NCBI GenBank assembly: GCA_052390515.1
Contig: JBQTGV010000051.1
Coordinates: 1-13,221 of the forward strand
DNA length: 13,221 nucleotides
DNA from: Candidatus Eiseniibacteriota bacterium
GTDB taxonomy: Bacteria; ARS69
Direction: 5' to 3'
Shown here: piece by piece, positions 13,212-13,221 of the stretch
How the letters are laid out: each line of letters begins with the position of its first letter
Numbering within the stretch: position 1 is the first letter of the stretch
Notes under the pieces: generated by a model
What the model was told of the DNA's origin: nothing
Databases searched by the model: none
What the model saw: the letters and a program-made list of their open reading frames with translations, nothing else
Made by a program: the position numbers and the translations under genes

Positions 13212-13221
13212 AATATGGAAA

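Overview
Very GC-rich bacterial DNA with nine supportable CDSs and one tRNA. In order: the 3' part of a secreted S8 subtilase (+), a likely operon of PLP aminotransferase, TMTC-like GT-C glycosyltransferase/TPR and XdhC (+), a small secreted beta-rich hypothetical protein (-), an FG-GAP/ASPIC-UnbV (CRTAC1-like) protein (+), a LarA-family racemase/epimerase coupled to a membrane-anchored sulfatase-like protein (-), an exported TPR-like protein (+), and tRNA-Ala(GGC) (-). Both large secreted proteins end in a FlgD-Ig/T9SS-CTD-like domain. This is typical of FCB-group lineages such as Eisenbacteria, Krumholzibacteriota and Latescibacterota, but the taxonomy is inference only. I see no CRISPR array, integrase or transposase. 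The best leads are: a divergent LarA homologue paired with a sulfatase-fold protein lacking the formylglycine motif; a possible surface-protein glycosylation/decoration neighbourhood; an unnamed domain inserted in the FG-GAP propeller; an inverted repeat laid over a promoter; and a C4:C69 mismatch in the tRNA acceptor stem. All family calls come from recognising motifs by eye; no searches were run.
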